From contig JBFRWN010000003.1 in assembly GCA_051439605.1 (NCBI GenBank), positions 1 to 38,673 on the forward strand: a DNA stretch of 38,673 nucleotides. The letters run 5' to 3'. Source of the DNA: Synechococcus sp. Its GTDB lineage: Bacteria; Cyanobacteriota; Cyanobacteriia; Thermostichales; PCC-7336. The notes beneath the pieces were generated by a model, which saw only the letters and a program-made list of their open reading frames with translations, was not told the DNA's origin and did no database searches. The position numbers and the translations under genes are program-made. Below are positions 1-9,170 of the stretch, one piece after another (the first letter of the stretch is position 1; every line of letters begins with the position of its first letter).

Positions 1-30
1 GGCCTGCAATGTACCGATCGAATCGTCTCA

Positions 31-87
31 TTTTGGAAAAGGAGAATGTTTCACGATTGGTACGTAAAACACTCTCCTTTTCCAAAA
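31..87. repeat. 25-bp imperfect inverted repeat (23/25) with 7-nt loop
   Basis: TTTTGGAAAAGGAGAATGTTTCACG (31-55) versus CGTAAAACACTCTCCTTTTCCAAAA (63-87). Confidence 0.9.
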
Positions 88-162
88 AGCTCGAGAATCA
101 TATCGGAGCTATCTGGATGTTTGTCCACAACTACAACGCATCCTTACTTGTCTAGGACTACC
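48..162 (+). mobile_element. IS1-family remnant: 3' end of transposase (InsB-like) plus right terminus
   Basis: Frame 3 from 48 reads VSRLVRKTLSFSKKLENHIGAIWMFVHNYNASLLV* (TAG 153-155), the typical C-terminus of cyanobacterial IS1 transposases. It is followed by ...TAGGACTACC (ends 162; reverse complement GGTAGTCCTA, an IS1-type end). Sequence upstream of 48 does not continue as transposase. Confidence 0.8.
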
Positions 163-341
163 CAGAATTAAAAGCCGCTTATCCCGATATTCCCTGGAAG
201 CAGATCGCTGGATTGTGAGATATCTTGATTCACGACTACTTGAAAATCAATTTGAATCGAGTTTGGGGAGTCATTGAGCAAGATCTCTCCCAGCTCAAGC
301 AAACCGTTGAAGAGATGTTGCAGTCGCAAATAAATGATTAA
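162..341 (+). pseudogene. DUF86/HepT-like HEPN RNase toxin, C-terminal half, IS-interrupted and with internal stop
   Basis: Frame 3 reads PELKAAYPDIPWKQIAGL*DILIHDYLKINLNRVWGVIEQDLSQLKQTVEEMLQSQIND*. The IPW..IAG.R..LIH.Y pattern is typical of DUF86. TGA at 216-218 occupies the Arg of RX4H. Confidence 0.85.
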
Positions 342-374
342 CAATGACCCTCACTCCATTGACCGTGAAAAGAT

Positions 375-557
375 ATGGGACGGATACGCGAGAAAAGCTG
401 CGATTGCTGTAACACAAAAGCCCCCGTACTTTACCGCGTTCAGTTAGACACATCGGGGGAGTGGAGTTTTGTCTGCGATCGCTGCTGGCCGACCGTTCGA
501 GAAAACAACCCCCACTACCACTACGGCGGAACTTGGAAAGCAAGCAAACGCCATTGA
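375..557 (+). CDS. small Cys-rich hypothetical protein (putative Zn-ribbon), 60 aa
   Basis: ATG start, CDCC and CDRC pairs, and a C-terminal YGGTWKA motif I recognise from small cyanobacterial hypotheticals. It fills the gap before the convergent oxidoreductase. Confidence 0.7.
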   Translation: MGRIREKSCDCCNTKAPVLYRVQLDTSGEWSFVCDRCWPTVRENNPHYHYGGTWKASKRH

Positions 558-568
558 CGATGTCAATC

Positions 569-1960
569 TCATCCCTGCTTGCGATCGAAACAATTCCTGG
601 CAACTCGCAGCATAATTTTGGGATGAAACAGTATTTGTGGAGAATGCGTCAGCGTTAGAACTTGAAATAAAGCATGCGTCGTTTGGCAATCCTGCAAAGT
701 TGTCTTGTGAACTTCTACGATGTACGGCTCGATCCAGTTGCTGCCTAGCGGTTTGGGACCTTTCACTGTTGGGAACCGCAAATCTTCGCTCACCGTCAAC
801 CGCCAAGGATTGACGATCGCCCGTGCAGCTCTCGGAAAGAACTGTCGAGCAATGCCGCTGAGAGAATTACGTTTTGCAGCCTCTTGCAAGCAGCGAGCGA
901 GAGCCTCCGCTTCCATCGCACTCACTGACATTCCCTGAGCATAAAAGGGATTGAAACTGCACATTGCATCCCCCATGACCAAATACCCATCTGGGAAGCG
1001 GGTCATTGTTTCGTAGTGATAGCGCCGGTTGGATGGAAATCTGTGTTGGAAGAACGCCGTCAACGGTTCAGCCCGGGCGATCGCGTTGTAGATATCCGGA
1101 CTGGCAAGGGTTTTGGCAAAGTTTAAAAACCCTGAATCGGTAGCAGGAGCGCGATCGCCCAGCCAACCAACCAGCGTGACGATCCAACGCCCACCTTCGA
1201 TCGGTAACAGCGCACCACCACGCTTTTTGTCAGGATGAATCGGCATGGTCACGATCCCTTTCGCGGTGGGAAGCAGACTGGCATTCTGCCGGAAGATGCG
1301 AGTGGTATAGCTAACATCCACTTTGACAACACTTTCTACTGGCTTTGAATACCCCAACGATTCGAGCCACTTGGGGGATTTGGATCCGCGTCCCGTGGCA
1401 TCGACAACCAGATCGGCGTCGAGCGATTCTTCCAATGCCCCTTTTGCTGTGGGTCGAATCTTTACCCCGGCAATGCGCCTGCCATCCGCGTTTGCATTGA
1501 GGCTACGGACCTCATATCCCTGCAGACAGGTGAGATTCTCAATGGCTAGAACGCGACGGCGGACGTGATATTCGAGCATGGAACGACTCGAACACGTCAT
1601 GGTGATGCCGCTACGACAGCGGATTTTATGCCCCCCTTCTTGGAACCAGAGCACGTCACCGGGCAGGTCAACCTTGACTGCTCCTGCGTCTATCAGCTCC
1701 GAAACCAAGCCCGGAAAGAGTTGGGTAAGAATCTGCTCTCCTTTTACGAGCAATGTATGCAGGTGTCGACCTTGGGGAACTCCCCTGCGGTTTGCGGCTT
1801 CCCCGAGTAGTTCGTCGCGCTCAATCAGGGTGACCTGTTGAAAGTGAGTACTCAATACCCGGGCAGCCAAGAGGCCCGCCATACTGGCACCCAGCACCAC
1901 TGCGTGGCTGCGATCGGGAAAGTTGAGCCTAGACTGCGAGACTGTATGCGAAGCGCTCAT
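569..1960 (-). CDS. FAD-dependent oxidoreductase/monooxygenase
   Basis: N-terminal dinucleotide-binding AVVLGASMAGL, DLVVDATGRGS and GDAMCSFNPFYAQGMS motifs of flavin monooxygenases. Confidence 0.9.
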   Translation of the reverse strand: MSASHTVSQSRLNFPDRSHAVVLGASMAGLLAARVLSTHFQQVTLIERDELLGEAANRRGVPQGRHLHTLLVKGEQILTQLFPGLVSELIDAGAVKVDLPGDVLWFQEGGHKIRCRSGITMTCSSRSMLEYHVRRRVLAIENLTCLQGYEVRSLNANADGRRIAGVKIRPTAKGALEESLDADLVVDATGRGSKSPKWLESLGYSKPVESVVKVDVSYTTRIFRQNASLLPTAKGIVTMPIHPDKKRGGALLPIEGGRWIVTLVGWLGDRAPATDSGFLNFAKTLASPDIYNAIARAEPLTAFFQHRFPSNRRYHYETMTRFPDGYLVMGDAMCSFNPFYAQGMSVSAMEAEALARCLQEAAKRNSLSGIARQFFPRAARAIVNPWRLTVSEDLRFPTVKGPKPLGSNWIEPYIVEVHKTTLQDCQTTHALFQVLTLTHSPQILFHPKIMLRVARNCFDRKQG

Positions 1961-2108
1961 GTCGGCTTTTTCGTGAAAAGCTATTTCAATTAAGCCTGGT
2001 GGCAGCGCGATCGCCCACTCAAAAGGCCGCTATTTTTCACACCGTAATCATGGCCAAACGGACTGTTTTGCATTTTCGGTTGATCGTGAAGAGTATGCCC
2101 TCAGCCGT

Positions 2109-5100
2109 TTAGATTCTAGCTACTTTCACCGTCACATCATTCACCGATAACCACCCAGCCCGAATCGCCAATATATACAAGCTGGGAATGAAGAACAGCG
2201 CCAATAACGTGGCTCCTCCCAACCCTCCAGCGATTGCCACCGCCAACGGTGGCCAAAACCCTGCCCGATCTAGCAATAGCGGCGTAAATCCAGCGATCGT
2301 CGTTAACGTTGTCGTCAACACGTGACGGGTGCTGCGAGTCACCACTGCCTGCACCGCCACCGAATCGCCTCGACGGGCAGCGGGGTCTGCCCGCAAGGCC
2401 ACCAGCACCACAATCGAATCGTTGATCGCCAGTCCCACCAAGCCCAACGTGCCCAAAATCGCCATAAATCCCAAGGGATAGTTGAACAGCTTCAAAGCTG
2501 CCAGAGACAGACCAATCGAGGCCACCGCGATCGCCCCAATTGCCCCTGCCAACGCGAAGGATCTCAGAGATAAAACTAACGTGGCTGCCATTAACACAAT
2601 CAAAATTCCCACGGTTGAGAATAAGTTTCCTTCTGCCGTTCCCCGCGCTTCCACCTCGCCGCCATACGCTAGCCGATACCCCTGCGGCAGTTCGATACCG
2701 CTTTCTTGCCAAGCTTGCTGAAACGCTGCCAACGCTTCAGATGGCAATTCTCCCGCAGGAATGTATCCCAACACCGTATTGATGCGCTGACCGTCACGGC
2801 GTGCGATCGAGGCAATATCCGGCAATAGCTGGATTTGTCCTACAGCATCCAGCGGAATCGACTCGCCATTCGACAGTAGATCGATGGAGCTAAGGGTATC
2901 CAAATCCCCCCGATCGCTGCGTACCAAACGCACCCGCACCGGCAACTCCTCTGTCGACTCCAACAGGGAGCCGCCTACCGAACCTTCTAAAGTGCTGTTG
3001 AGTTGATTGGCGATCGCTGCCCGATCCAATCCGGCAATGCGAGCAGAGGTTTCATCTAGCTGGAGCCCCAACTTCGGTTGTGCCTCCGCCAGCGTCGCTT
3101 GGGTGTGAATAATGCCGGGGATGCTGGCCATCACGCCGCGCATTTCATCCCCCAACACTCGTAGTCGATCCAAATCGGGACCGTACAGCCGCAGTTCCAA
3201 CGGCGCATCAAACGGTGGCCCCTGCTCTAGCTGGCGGACTAAAATTTGCGCATGCGGAAATTGAGCATCCAAGCGATTTTGAACTCGCTGCACCACCGGC
3301 ACCGGCAAGATCCCCGGCTGCAGTTGCACCAACCCCTGCGCGAAATTGGAGATTCCTTCCCGCTGCTGCACTACGTTGTAGTAAAACGACGGAGCCGTTT
3401 GACCCACAAACCAGGTCACATCCTCAATGTCGGGATCTTGCTGGAGCGATTGCCGTACCGCTTGCACCTGTCGCTCCGTCTCCGCCAAAGACGCCTGCAC
3501 CGGCAGCTCGAACTCGATGTAAAACTGATCGCGATCGGTGGGGGGGAAGAACTGTTGGGAGAGAGTGGCGGCTTGGGAGAAGCCGAATATCGGAACAATT
3601 AACGCTAGACCAATTCCGATCGGGGGCCGCGTTACCAATAGTTTGAGGAGTCGTTGGTAGATGCGGGAAAGCTGCGGGTTGGAAACCCCTCGCACCATCC
3701 AAGCGGGTAAATGGCGATCGCTGCCGAACGGATGCATTCGTCCTGCCAGCGAAGCGACGATGGTCAGGGAAATTGCCAGCGAGCCAATCACCGCCAAAAT
3801 CACGCTGGTGCCAATCGAACCGGTGAACTCACCGACCGCTCCGGGGGCAAGGGCGATGGGCATGAAGGCTAGAACGGTGGTGATCGTCGAAGCCGACAAG
3901 GGCACCGCCATTTGACGCACGCTTTTGGATACGGCAAGGGCGGGGGGTAATCCTTCTGCTTTGGCATGCTGTACTTCATCCACTACGACAATGGCGTTAT
4001 CGATCAGCAGACCTAAGGCCAGGATGATGCCAGTCACCGACATCTGGTGAATGGGGGTCCCCAGCATTTGCATGCCCCCGAACACCACCAGCACAGCAAG
4101 CGGGAGTGCCGTTCCCACCACGATCGCCGCTTGCCAGCCCATCATCACCCAGGCGATCGCCACCACAAACAGGGCAGACAGCATCAGGTTTTTGAGGACC
4201 CCATCCAGCCGCGCCTCGACGTAGCGACTTTGATCCAGCAATACCTGCTGTTGAATGGTGGGGGGCAAAGTAGCGGCAAACTCCTCCAGCACCTGGCGAG
4301 CCTGCTGTGCCCACACATCGATCCGCCCCTGCGACTGCACTAAGGTGCTCAGCACTACACCGCGATGGCCCCGTACCAGCGCGATCGCTGCAGGGGGCTC
4401 GACAACTCCTTTGTCTACATCGGCGATATCCCCCAGCAGAGCGAACTGTCCGTTGCTGCCATTGCCCACCGGAATAGAGCGAATCCGCTGGAGCGAGTCC
4501 AGTTCTTCGGTGACTTCGAATGAGAGATCGCTGTTTCCGCTGCGCAACAGCCCGGCGGACACTTTGGCATCACTTTGGGCGATCGCCCACGATACATCTC
4601 TGGCGGTGAGCTTCAGTTTGGTCAGGGTGGCGGGGTCCACCTCAACGGTGATTTCCTCCTCCGGCGAGCCAAAAATATCCACCTCTTCGGTGCCGGGCAC
4701 CTGCCGCAGTCGATCCTCTAAATCCTCTGCCAGCCGTCCAAGTACCGCGTAATTCACCGGCTCGCTGGAGGTCCATGCCAACCCCACTAGCAGAGCGTGC
4801 GCCCGCACCTCCACAATCTCAAAATCCGGTTCCGTCGCTCCGCCGGGCAGCAGCGGAATGGTGTCATCAACGCGATCGCGCACCCGCGACCACACTTCAT
4901 CGACGGCAGAAACGGATTCCAGCAGTTCCACCTGTACGGTGGATACGCCAGAGCGGGAGGTGGATTCGACGTACTTAATCTCCTCCACCTCGAACAGCTC
5001 TTCTTCGATCTTGTCCGTCACCAAAGCTTCGACGCGATCGGCGCTGGCTCCAGGAAGGAATGTGGTGATAACGGCATTGCGCTGCACCAACACCGGGTCT

Positions 5101-5204
5101 TCCATGCGGGGCAGGGTGAAGAAGGCGGATAGTCCCCACACCATTACGAGCAGAAGGGTGAGAATCAGCAGTTGAGTATTGCGGTAAAAGGCGTTGGAGA
5201 GCAT
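2109..5204 (-). CDS. RND efflux transporter permease (AcrB/AcrD/AcrF family)
   Basis: About 1031 aa from ATG 5204 (MLSNAFYRN). TM4 motif GLLIDNAIVVVD, two TM blocks and large periplasmic loops. The ORF-track extension to 5549 overlaps the adaptor gene and is unlikely to be coding. Confidence 0.93.
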   Translation of the reverse strand: MLSNAFYRNTQLLILTLLLVMVWGLSAFFTLPRMEDPVLVQRNAVITTFLPGASADRVEALVTDKIEEELFEVEEIKYVESTSRSGVSTVQVELLESVSAVDEVWSRVRDRVDDTIPLLPGGATEPDFEIVEVRAHALLVGLAWTSSEPVNYAVLGRLAEDLEDRLRQVPGTEEVDIFGSPEEEITVEVDPATLTKLKLTARDVSWAIAQSDAKVSAGLLRSGNSDLSFEVTEELDSLQRIRSIPVGNGSNGQFALLGDIADVDKGVVEPPAAIALVRGHRGVVLSTLVQSQGRIDVWAQQARQVLEEFAATLPPTIQQQVLLDQSRYVEARLDGVLKNLMLSALFVVAIAWVMMGWQAAIVVGTALPLAVLVVFGGMQMLGTPIHQMSVTGIILALGLLIDNAIVVVDEVQHAKAEGLPPALAVSKSVRQMAVPLSASTITTVLAFMPIALAPGAVGEFTGSIGTSVILAVIGSLAISLTIVASLAGRMHPFGSDRHLPAWMVRGVSNPQLSRIYQRLLKLLVTRPPIGIGLALIVPIFGFSQAATLSQQFFPPTDRDQFYIEFELPVQASLAETERQVQAVRQSLQQDPDIEDVTWFVGQTAPSFYYNVVQQREGISNFAQGLVQLQPGILPVPVVQRVQNRLDAQFPHAQILVRQLEQGPPFDAPLELRLYGPDLDRLRVLGDEMRGVMASIPGIIHTQATLAEAQPKLGLQLDETSARIAGLDRAAIANQLNSTLEGSVGGSLLESTEELPVRVRLVRSDRGDLDTLSSIDLLSNGESIPLDAVGQIQLLPDIASIARRDGQRINTVLGYIPAGELPSEALAAFQQAWQESGIELPQGYRLAYGGEVEARGTAEGNLFSTVGILIVLMAATLVLSLRSFALAGAIGAIAVASIGLSLAALKLFNYPLGFMAILGTLGLVGLAINDSIVVLVALRADPAARRGDSVAVQAVVTRSTRHVLTTTLTTIAGFTPLLLDRAGFWPPLAVAIAGGLGGATLLALFFIPSLYILAIRAGWLSVNDVTVKVARI

Positions 5205-5296
5205 GACGTCTAACCTGCTGCAAGAATTTAGGTAGAGCGCACCTGTGTCCTCCACTTGGGGGACTAGATGGTGAGCAATTACAAGGTGTTGGGAAA

Positions 5297-6688
5297 TTAG
5301 TTTTGAAGCTGGCTCATCGTAGAGCGGTCGACTGGAGTCACGCGCTGACCGACAACAATCCGATGGGTGCCGCTGGACACGATCCGATCGCCCGGTTGCA
5401 ACGTGCCTCTCACAAATACGCGATTGCCGTCCGTTTCCAGGACCTCGACTTCTTGACGCTCTACGGTGTAATCCCGATCGGCAGGGCTGAGGGCATAGGT
5501 GGACCACAACCCGCGATCGCTGCGCACTAGGGCGGTAGCCGGTAGCCAATACCCCCGCTGATGAACGCGATCCTCAAGCTTTAAACGAACGACTTCCCCC
5601 GGTACCGCCATAGCATCCTCAGGCAGCGTCAGAATGGCGGAAATTGTCCGAGTGGGGGAATCCAGTTCGGGAAGTAAGGATTTAACGGTGGCGAGGTACT
5701 GGCGATCGCCAACCACCACTGGCCGCTCAGAACCAATCTTGAGTGCGGATGCCGCTTTCACCGAAATTCCAATCCGGGCTTCCATTGCCCCATCCTCCAC
5801 CAGTCGCACCACCGTTTGACCGGAGGCAATGACTTCTCCCTCATCTAGATGGCGGATAGCAACTCTGCCGTCAAACGGTGCCTTTAATTCGCTCTTGGCG
5901 ATATCGACGTCTAAAGTGTCGATTCGAGCTTCAAGACTTTGCACCGCTGCCTGTTGGGCGGCGATGTCTTCGCTGCGGGAGCCGGTCTGCAGTTCTTCCA
6001 GTTGGCTGTTGGCGGCATCCAACCGGGCCAGGATGGCATGGCGCATGGAGGAAAATTCGTCTAATTCCTCCATGGAAATTGCCCCCTCTTGCTGCAATTG
6101 CTGCCGCCGCTGCATGCGGATATTCGCCAGCTCCAGCTGTGCTTCTAAATCTCGAACATTTGCTTCAGCCGCCGCAATATCTTCGGCGCGGGGGCCTTTT
6201 ACTAACTCGGCTAACTCGGCTTTGGCTTGGGCGGTTTGGGCGAGCAGTTCTTGTCGCTGGGCCATCAAGCGCTGAGTGTCTAATTGAGCGATGATTTGTC
6301 CGGTTTTGACGCGATCGCCTTCTTCCACCATCATCTGGAATACCAGCCCCCCGTGCTCGAACCCCAGCTCGCTGCTGCGCCGCGCTTCCACATCTCCGGT
6401 GTAGCTGCGCTGGGTCTTGTAAGAGTCCGTTGGAGTAACCTCTATGGTTTCCACCGGCAGAGCACGAACGATCGAGGTGGCTGGAGGGATATCGGCAGTT
6501 GAGACAGCATTCGTTCTGGCAGCGATCGCGCCACCGGCCACGACGGCGATCGGTACAAGGGCGATCGCCCACCGATTCCAGCGGCGGCGAGGTACAGATG
6601 GCTTGACTTGCTTGTGCAGAGGAGCCGTGGAGAACAGCTCTAATTGTTCGGGTTGGGGAAGTTCTGGGGATGCATGCTGCAGGGTCAT
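5297..6688 (-). CDS. RND efflux periplasmic adaptor (membrane fusion protein)
   Basis: N-terminal TM anchor, lipoyl-like halves (VEEGDRVKTGQ; LKAPFDGRV) and a long coiled-coil hairpin. Directly upstream of the RND permease. Confidence 0.93.
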   Translation of the reverse strand: MTLQHASPELPQPEQLELFSTAPLHKQVKPSVPRRRWNRWAIALVPIAVVAGGAIAARTNAVSTADIPPATSIVRALPVETIEVTPTDSYKTQRSYTGDVEARRSSELGFEHGGLVFQMMVEEGDRVKTGQIIAQLDTQRLMAQRQELLAQTAQAKAELAELVKGPRAEDIAAAEANVRDLEAQLELANIRMQRRQQLQQEGAISMEELDEFSSMRHAILARLDAANSQLEELQTGSRSEDIAAQQAAVQSLEARIDTLDVDIAKSELKAPFDGRVAIRHLDEGEVIASGQTVVRLVEDGAMEARIGISVKAASALKIGSERPVVVGDRQYLATVKSLLPELDSPTRTISAILTLPEDAMAVPGEVVRLKLEDRVHQRGYWLPATALVRSDRGLWSTYALSPADRDYTVERQEVEVLETDGNRVFVRGTLQPGDRIVSSGTHRIVVGQRVTPVDRSTMSQLQN

Positions 6689-6740
6689 GGGAGTTTCCTT
6701 GGGCGGCCGAACGTGAAGGTGAATGTCAACTCTCTAATGC

Positions 6741-6839
6741 ATACTCAACAATATGCTATACAAGTAAGTGATATACAACTTATTGAATATACTACGAATC
6801 ATATAGTCAACTTTTTGAGTATGTCAACCTGTTGAATAA
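6741..6839. promoter_or_regulatory. array of palindromic operator-like sites TCAA-N4-TTGA in divergent PadR/RND promoter
   Basis: ATATACAACTTATTGAATAT (6771-6790), ATAGTCAACTTTTTGAGTAT (6803-6822), TATGTCAACCTGTTGAATAA (6820-6839) and a half-site ATACTCAAC at 6741. Confidence 0.7.
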
Positions 6840-6887
6840 TAGTTTGATAACCGTTCTAGCTCGACCAACCTCAGTTCCCGGCAAGTT

Positions 6888-7460
6888 ATGGCCCTTTCCC
6901 ACACCATCCTGATGCTGCTCTCGGAATGTCCCCGCAGCGGCTACGACATCAGCAAAGAGTTTGAGGAATGCGTGGGGCATTACTGGCGCGCGACACCGCA
7001 GCAAATCTATCGAGAGCTGTCCAAGATGGAACGGCAAGGGTGGATTGAGGCGGAGATGATTCCGCAGGAGGGTCGCCCCACCAAAAAGCTGTTCAGCATG
7101 ACGGAGGCTGGCAAGCAGGAGTTGGTTAGTTGGATTGGCCAGCCATCGGAACCCATGCCGGTGCGAGAAGAGCTATTGGTGAAGGTGCGGGCGGGCAGCT
7201 TGGTGCAGCCGCAGGTCTTGATTGATGAATTGACTCAGCGCAAAGCAATCCATGTGGAAAAGCTGGAGCAACTGCGGGCGATCGAGCGAGAGAATTTTGC
7301 CGCCCCCGATCGCTTGGAGGGGGAGTCGCTGATGATGTATCTGACGCTGCGCTGCGGGTTGCGCTACGAGGCGATGTGGATAGATTGGTGCGCGGAGGCG
7401 ATGGGTCGCTTGCAAGAGGTAGCTGCACAAGGGGAATCCCAAGAGTTTGTGGCTCTATAG
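6888..7460 (+). CDS. PadR-family transcriptional regulator (long, AphA-like C-terminal dimerisation domain)
   Basis: ALSHTILMLL..PRSGYDI..F....GHYW.A...QIYREL..ME..GWI and RPTKKLFS.TEAG winged-helix motifs, with C-terminal LTLRCGLRYE..WIDW. Confidence 0.93.
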   Translation: MALSHTILMLLSECPRSGYDISKEFEECVGHYWRATPQQIYRELSKMERQGWIEAEMIPQEGRPTKKLFSMTEAGKQELVSWIGQPSEPMPVREELLVKVRAGSLVQPQVLIDELTQRKAIHVEKLEQLRAIERENFAAPDRLEGESLMMYLTLRCGLRYEAMWIDWCAEAMGRLQEVAAQGESQEFVAL

Positions 7461-7496
7461 AAGGAGTATTTGAACCCACAAGAGCCCTAAAAAAAT

Positions 7497-7530
7497 GCGA
7501 GCTACAGGCTCATCAAGTGCCGTAACTCGC
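7497..7530. terminator. imperfect hairpin between convergent padR and flavin reductase genes
   Basis: GCGAGCTACAGG...CCGTAACTCGC preceded by an A7 run (a U-tract on the minus strand). Confidence 0.45.
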
Positions 7531-7597
7531 GTCGATCTCAAATAAACTCGTGGAACTTAAGTTCGGACCTGCAGGTGTATTGTTCCCACAGCGATCG

Positions 7598-8080
7598 TCA
7601 GCCGCCGTAGTTCCAACCGGTTGCTTCCAGTAAAAGCGGATCGCCGTCGCGATGAACCCCAGCGGCAATCACTTCGCCTAGAAACACCGTGTGGTCCCCC
7701 TGAGGGAGCGAGCCCACTACTTTACATTCCACATAGCCGAGGGAGTCGGTAATGATTGGGCAACCGGTTGCTTCGCCAAGGTAAAACTCTACGTCTTCAA
7801 ACCGATTGCCATCCCGTTTTAGCGGTTGGAAAAACTTTTGGGCCAAGTCCTTCTGTCCAACCTCTAGAAAGCTGAGGGCAAATACTCCACTGGCTTCAAC
7901 CATGCCATGGGAGCGGTTATCGCTACGCACGGCGTTCACGATCAGCGGCGGTTTGAAAGAGGTTTGCATCACCCAACTGGCGGTATAGCCATTCACATCC
8001 TCCCCTTCCTTCACCCCACAGATATACAATCCGTGGGGAATTTTCCGAAGCATGGTTTTTTTCGCTTGTTCGTCCAGCAC
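7598..8080 (-). CDS. flavin reductase-like (flavoredoxin) FMN-binding protein
   Basis: LRKIPHGLYI, NGYTASWVMQTSFKPPL and GDHTVFLGEV motifs. Confidence 0.9.
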   Translation of the reverse strand: MLDEQAKKTMLRKIPHGLYICGVKEGEDVNGYTASWVMQTSFKPPLIVNAVRSDNRSHGMVEASGVFALSFLEVGQKDLAQKFFQPLKRDGNRFEDVEFYLGEATGCPIITDSLGYVECKVVGSLPQGDHTVFLGEVIAAGVHRDGDPLLLEATGWNYGG

Positions 8081-8185
8081 AGCCGCTTCTCCCAGTACTT
8101 ACATCGCCTACTTTCACGCTACCAAATCGCGATCGCGAATCCCCTCGTTTGGAGAAACCGATCCAGACTGTAACAAGGTCAAGAC

Positions 8186-8201
8186 GGAGGCGTATGCCTC
8201 C
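8186..8201 (-). terminator. short GC-rich hairpin after rubrerythrin stop
   Basis: GGAGGC-GTAT-GCCTCC, 18 nt past the stop at 8220. The U-tail is weak. Confidence 0.4.
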
Positions 8202-8219
8202 CGCTAGACGATACCGCAT

Positions 8220-8918
8220 CTAGGCGGCAACCGTTTCCTCGTAAGGGACGAACGTTGCTTTAGCGGCACCGCAAATGGGGCAATGCCAATTGTCGGGGAG
8301 GTCTTCAAACGGAGTGCCAGGGGCAATGCCAGAGTCTGGGTCCCCTTCGGCGGGGTCGTAAATCATCGAGCATTGCTTGCAAATCCACTTTTGACTGACG
8401 GCTTTGGAGGGTGGGGCAGCGCCTTCTAGGGCTTGCAAGGCTTCGGTGTATTGGTTGGCGTGATGGTGTTCGATGTGGGTTAGTAAGCCGAAGTTGCGTG
8501 CAGCAGTCTTGAATGTGGCGGCGTGCTCCCGTGATTCCTCGGTTTGGGCCTCGAATTCTTCTACTGCTGCGCTATCGCGATCGCTGCGGGCTGCCTTGGC
8601 AAAGGTGGGATACATGGTGGTGTATTCGTAGGTTTCACCTTCGATCGCCAGCTCCAGACAACGGGCCGCGATCGTTTGCTTTTCCTTGTCGCTAAGGCTA
8701 CCGGGGTCACTGATCGCCAGTTCGGGGTGCATGAGGCGGAAATGGGCAAACGCGTGCTCAGTTTCTTGGTTGGCTGTCTCGCGGAAGAGTTTGGCCAGAT
8801 CGGGTAGGCCGAGTTTTTTGACGACATCTGCGAAAAAGAGATATTTGCGATTAGCTTGCGATTCTCCGGCAAAGGCATCGGCGAGGTTCTGGGCGGTCTT
8901 GGCGTTGGAAAGATCCAT
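8220..8918 (-). CDS. rubrerythrin with C-terminal rubredoxin domain (peroxide detoxification)
   Basis: From ATG 8918 (MDLSNAKT): [19 protein letters not shown] and ESREHA di-iron motifs, with C-terminal CKQC...PDNWHCPIC rubredoxin. Confidence 0.92.
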   Translation of the reverse strand: MDLSNAKTAQNLADAFAGESQANRKYLFFADVVKKLGLPDLAKLFRETANQETEHAFAHFRLMHPELAISDPGSLSDKEKQTIAARCLELAIEGETYEYTTMYPTFAKAARSDRDSAAVEEFEAQTEESREHAATFKTAARNFGLLTHIEHHHANQYTEALQALEGAAPPSKAVSQKWICKQCSMIYDPAEGDPDSGIAPGTPFEDLPDNWHCPICGAAKATFVPYEETVAA

Positions 8919-9170
8919 AGGTCTTGATTTGGGTAAGAGCTGTTGACATCTTTTCAAGAGTGAAGGCTTGATGTTGATGCCATCAATACAGTGTTGTGAA
9001 GATTTCACGCAGCTGCCACCGCCGCCTAGGAAAACAAAAGGGCATTCGTTGAACCGTTCCCTATGAGAATCCTCAGCTTGGAGGTATTAGGTCTCCTCTT
9101 GCAAACAACCCAAAAAGTCGATCGCCATATCAGCGCGATCTCGTTAAAAAAAGAGGAACTATTCGCACTG

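Noticed and set aside
5205..5549. 115-aa N-terminal extension of the RND ORF
   Set aside because: Overlaps the adaptor gene in another frame and has no protein-like character; the family-typical start is ATG 5204.
8974..8986. FNR-like TTGAT...ATCAA palindrome upstream of rubrerythrin
   Set aside because: The spacer is 3 nt (TTGAT-GCC-ATCAA), not the required 4; no regulator can be assigned.
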